This document shows positions 35,792 to 38,461 of a stretch of 38,461 bases of DNA, in pieces. A program made the position numbers and the translations under genes. The stretch lies in contig JAUCBJ010000016.1 in NCBI GenBank assembly GCA_032718475.1, positions 1 through 38,461 of the forward strand, in the 5' to 3' direction. Numbering within the stretch: the stretch's first letter is position 1; each line of letters opens with the position of its first letter. The notes under the pieces are model-generated. The model did not search any database. It saw nothing but the letters and a program-made list of their open reading frames with translations, and was not told the origin of the DNA. Origin of the DNA: Nemertoderma westbladi (Eukaryota > Animalia > Xenacoelomorpha).

Positions 35792-36647
35792 GCTAGGAGA
35801 CTAAATCAGCTGGGTTTCTGGCAAATTACGAAATTACAGTAACACCATTGTGGCCTGTATGCCTGCAGTGCAGTGCGGACTCCGGACTGTTGGACTGCGG
35901 TCCTGAATTAGATTAGAGGGTCCGTTGGCGCCGTCCGCCGTACCGCCCTACTACCAGACTACTGTCAGACTGTAGAAGTATAACCGGACTGGTAGCAACT
36001 GCTGAACTGCCAACTACAGAACTACCGGCACGGTACTGAACTACGACAGCACTATACCGCATTTCTACGCACCTGCCAGCGACAAAAGAAAATGAATTTC
36101 TTCGTTTACGGTTTCTGCTCTTGTTAACGGTTAAATATGTTAATTAAAGACTATGTATTGGTACGACCGACGGCACCGGCAACTGGTATAATCAGATGTA
36201 GATGTACATACAGACATATCAATCTGCCAATACAACAACAATAGCAATATTTAGGCTTACCCCTACCAACCATCCATCGACTCGGCAACCGCAACAATGG
36301 AAGTTATGCGGACTAACCAGCTGACCGGCATTCTAAGTTCAGGTACCCACTACCAGAGTCTAAGCAGCTGCCCAGAAAAGTGTTGGAATTGAAATCAAAC
36401 AACTCACCACCAAGGCCGCCTCTGTCTGTTGACCTCGACTTTCGGTATCGCTGCCGCTACGGGCAAACTGGACTAACCGTAACCGAGGATGAAATCCGGT
36501 TTTTTAATCTCACTCTGCAATCAACCAGTGCCCGGCGGTGTTGAAATTGACACGCATTGTACAAGCAGTAGGCCTATTGCTCCGAGTTTCCGGCTGGTCG
36601 GGTGCAACTACTGCATCTACATTGCCACACTATAACTCGGCGGGCTC

Positions 36648-37007
36648 ATGAGGACGAATACTGCGTATACTATATTCCTATAAACCAAAACCATACCTGG
36701 CTTCGCCTATTGAACGCATTATAAAGATCGTCAGTCTTCGTTTAGGAAAGATATTTAAATACAAAACAGGACGAGCACAACGAGACTTATAATGAAGACG
36801 AGTACTGCGTTGACTATATTATTATATAAACCACCTCGCTTCACATATTGAACGCATCCCTTGTTATTATTATTATAAAGATCGTCAGCCTGCATTTAAG
36901 AAATATATTTAAATACAAAACAGGACGAACTCAACGAGGCTTATAATGAAGACGAGTACTGCGTATATTTTATTCCTATAAACCACATGGCTTCGCATAT
37001 TGAACGT
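36648..37007. repeat. Diverged tandem repeat of about 145-155 bp, about 2.4 copies
   Basis: Units begin ATGA(G/A)GACGA.TACTGCGT at about 36648, 36792 and 36945. They share TATAAACCA, TATTGAACG, TTATAAAGATCGTCAG and ATATTTAAATACAAAACAGGACGA. Confidence 0.85.
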
Positions 37008-37876
37008 GCGATTGGAAATAAGTTTGTGCTACCCTTCCGCCCCATGGGTGGTAGATGTCGCGGTTATGTATTGGTGGGTGGGAAGGGGGGGGGGGGGGTG
37101 TGTAGATTAAAAGGACTGAACACGTACAGTCCCCCTTTCTTTGATTGATTGGCGGTGTTGGTGAAATACTCAAATACTGATTTTGTGATACAGTCGCTCA
37201 ATTTTAATTTGTATCCCATAACTGGGCCTCGTGCTGCGCGAAGGCCCCCACGTACGTGTATGTATTGTAGCAAATTGTATATATTAATTGTAGCAGATTG
37301 TATGTTTTGTAGCACATGTATTGTAGTACTAAACTAACAGCGTACAGTATTGTAGCACAGCTTGTTTAAGGACCATTTCTCCAGTAGAACGCAATAATTA
37401 TGCAAAGTGGTGGGCTATACATCACGAAATGCAGCAAGGGATCTACACACACCTTACATGTTGTAGCTATCAGTATGTAATAGTTATGTTAAGATTATGT
37501 AATCCTAATCCTAACTCTATTAGCATGGGGGGGAGTGGTGTGTATTCGGTCTACCCATTATATTTAATTGTCTAACCATGCGGTGAAATTTCACAAAATT
37601 TGGGTTGTGTGTGGGGAAACCAAACCTCACAATTTTCACATTCCAAATCACATTGATTTTGTCCTAGAGACTTCATATGATTTTGTAATGACTGTAGTAA
37701 AAACAGTAGCTCAATAAATTTGAGGAATTCTACAACAATTTTCGTACAAGATTGGCCACAATTATTAACTTACGAGGGAGGAATCTCCCCCCCCCCCCCC
37801 CCCCCCCCCCCCCAATAAATGTGCTAATAATATATTATTTGTTTCATCACCCGTTCTCTATTGTTTCATAGTTACG

Positions 37877-38461
37877 TCACCAATCTCTCTCTGTAGGTTC
37901 GCGATATTCCAATCCCAAGTAATCGAACACATCGGCTTCCGATTGGACCCGAACAACTCGGCCTTCGTGCACAATGTCCCCGTTAGAGGCGCGAACGGTG
38001 TCTACATTCAAAGAACGCTCGCTCAGATGCATCCCGCGCGTCTTACATAGCTGCCGTAACGAGCGGTTGAAGTAGGCCGAACCCGTGTAGTGAAGCAGAG
38101 CGCAAGCGTACTGCCGATACTCGACGGCGAATATATCGATGCGCCGATGTAAACTCTTCGGTCCCAGTCGACAAACCCCTAGGTATTTGTGTTGGGAGTC
38201 GTCGTAATCCCGTATCGCGGTCAAATTATCCGTAAGAAACCCCTGAGTCTCCAAAGCCCCCAGTAGCTGATGGAACAGTCGTTGATGCGTTTTACCATCG
38301 GGATGCGTTACGAGTATGTCGATATCTCCACAGGTATCCCGCCCTCTCCTATACGACCCACAAACCTCAGCTATCGCGTTGGCATCCAACTCTTGAATTT
38401 GCTTCCAAACTCTTTCGAATATCTCTGTAACTTCCTCACGCGGGATTCGAGGTAAAAAATC
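37877..38461 (-). CDS. POLL: DNA polymerase lambda (family X), C-terminal 194 aa; 5' part outside the window
   Basis: Frame is open from the window edge: DFLPRIPREE..CGSYRRG..CGDIDILVTHPDG..GFLTD..KYLGVCRL..HRRIDI..ACALLHYTGSAYFNRS..LGLEYREPTERDW*. THPDG and the terminal ERDW are typical of Pol lambda. Confidence 0.93.
   Translation of the reverse strand, partial: DFLPRIPREEVTEIFERVWKQIQELDANAIAEVCGSYRRGRDTCGDIDILVTHPDGKTHQRLFHQLLGALETQGFLTDNLTAIRDYDDSQHKYLGVCRLGPKSLHRRIDIFAVEYRQYACALLHYTGSAYFNRSLRQLCKTRGMHLSERSLNVDTVRASNGDIVHEGRVVRVQSEADVFDYLGLEYREPTERDW

Noticed and set aside
35800-36640. GC-richer stretch as missing ALDH exons or another gene
   Set aside because: No ORF of 60 aa or more in the track and no ALDH motifs recognised by eye. 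A short exon cannot be fully excluded.
37787-37813. Long C/G homopolymers (also near 366, 1811, 22282, 30245, 37085) as functional G-quadruplex elements
   Set aside because: Most lie within repeat-family copies, homopolymer length is error-prone, and nothing else supports a function.

Overview
Eukaryotic (animal-like, AT-rich, intron-containing) genomic DNA, not prokaryotic. Nearly half the window (about 1023-19792) is a 49-bp tandem satellite of about 340 copies. It carries higher-order duplications, is bordered on the left by a TA-flanked palindromic MITE, and is interrupted by a 1.2-kb foldback element with 428-bp arms and a 9-bp TSD. To its right are two back-to-back relics of CRE-type (restriction-like endonuclease) retrotransposons and a 5'-truncated Crack/L2-like LINE. 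Next come exons 1-2 of an ALDH9A1-like gene (+) and an intact, intronless 705-aa CocE/NonD (S15) hydrolase gene on the opposite strand. A second copy of the MITE follows, split by an APE-RT LINE with TSD and poly(A), and then several small MITEs and hairpins. The window ends in the intronless 3' part of a DNA polymerase lambda gene (-) with an unusual HY in place of the YF motif. No further ALDH9A1 exon was found, so the hydrolase and POLL may be nested antisense in a large ALDH intron. All calls come from reading the sequence and recognising motifs; no searches were run.
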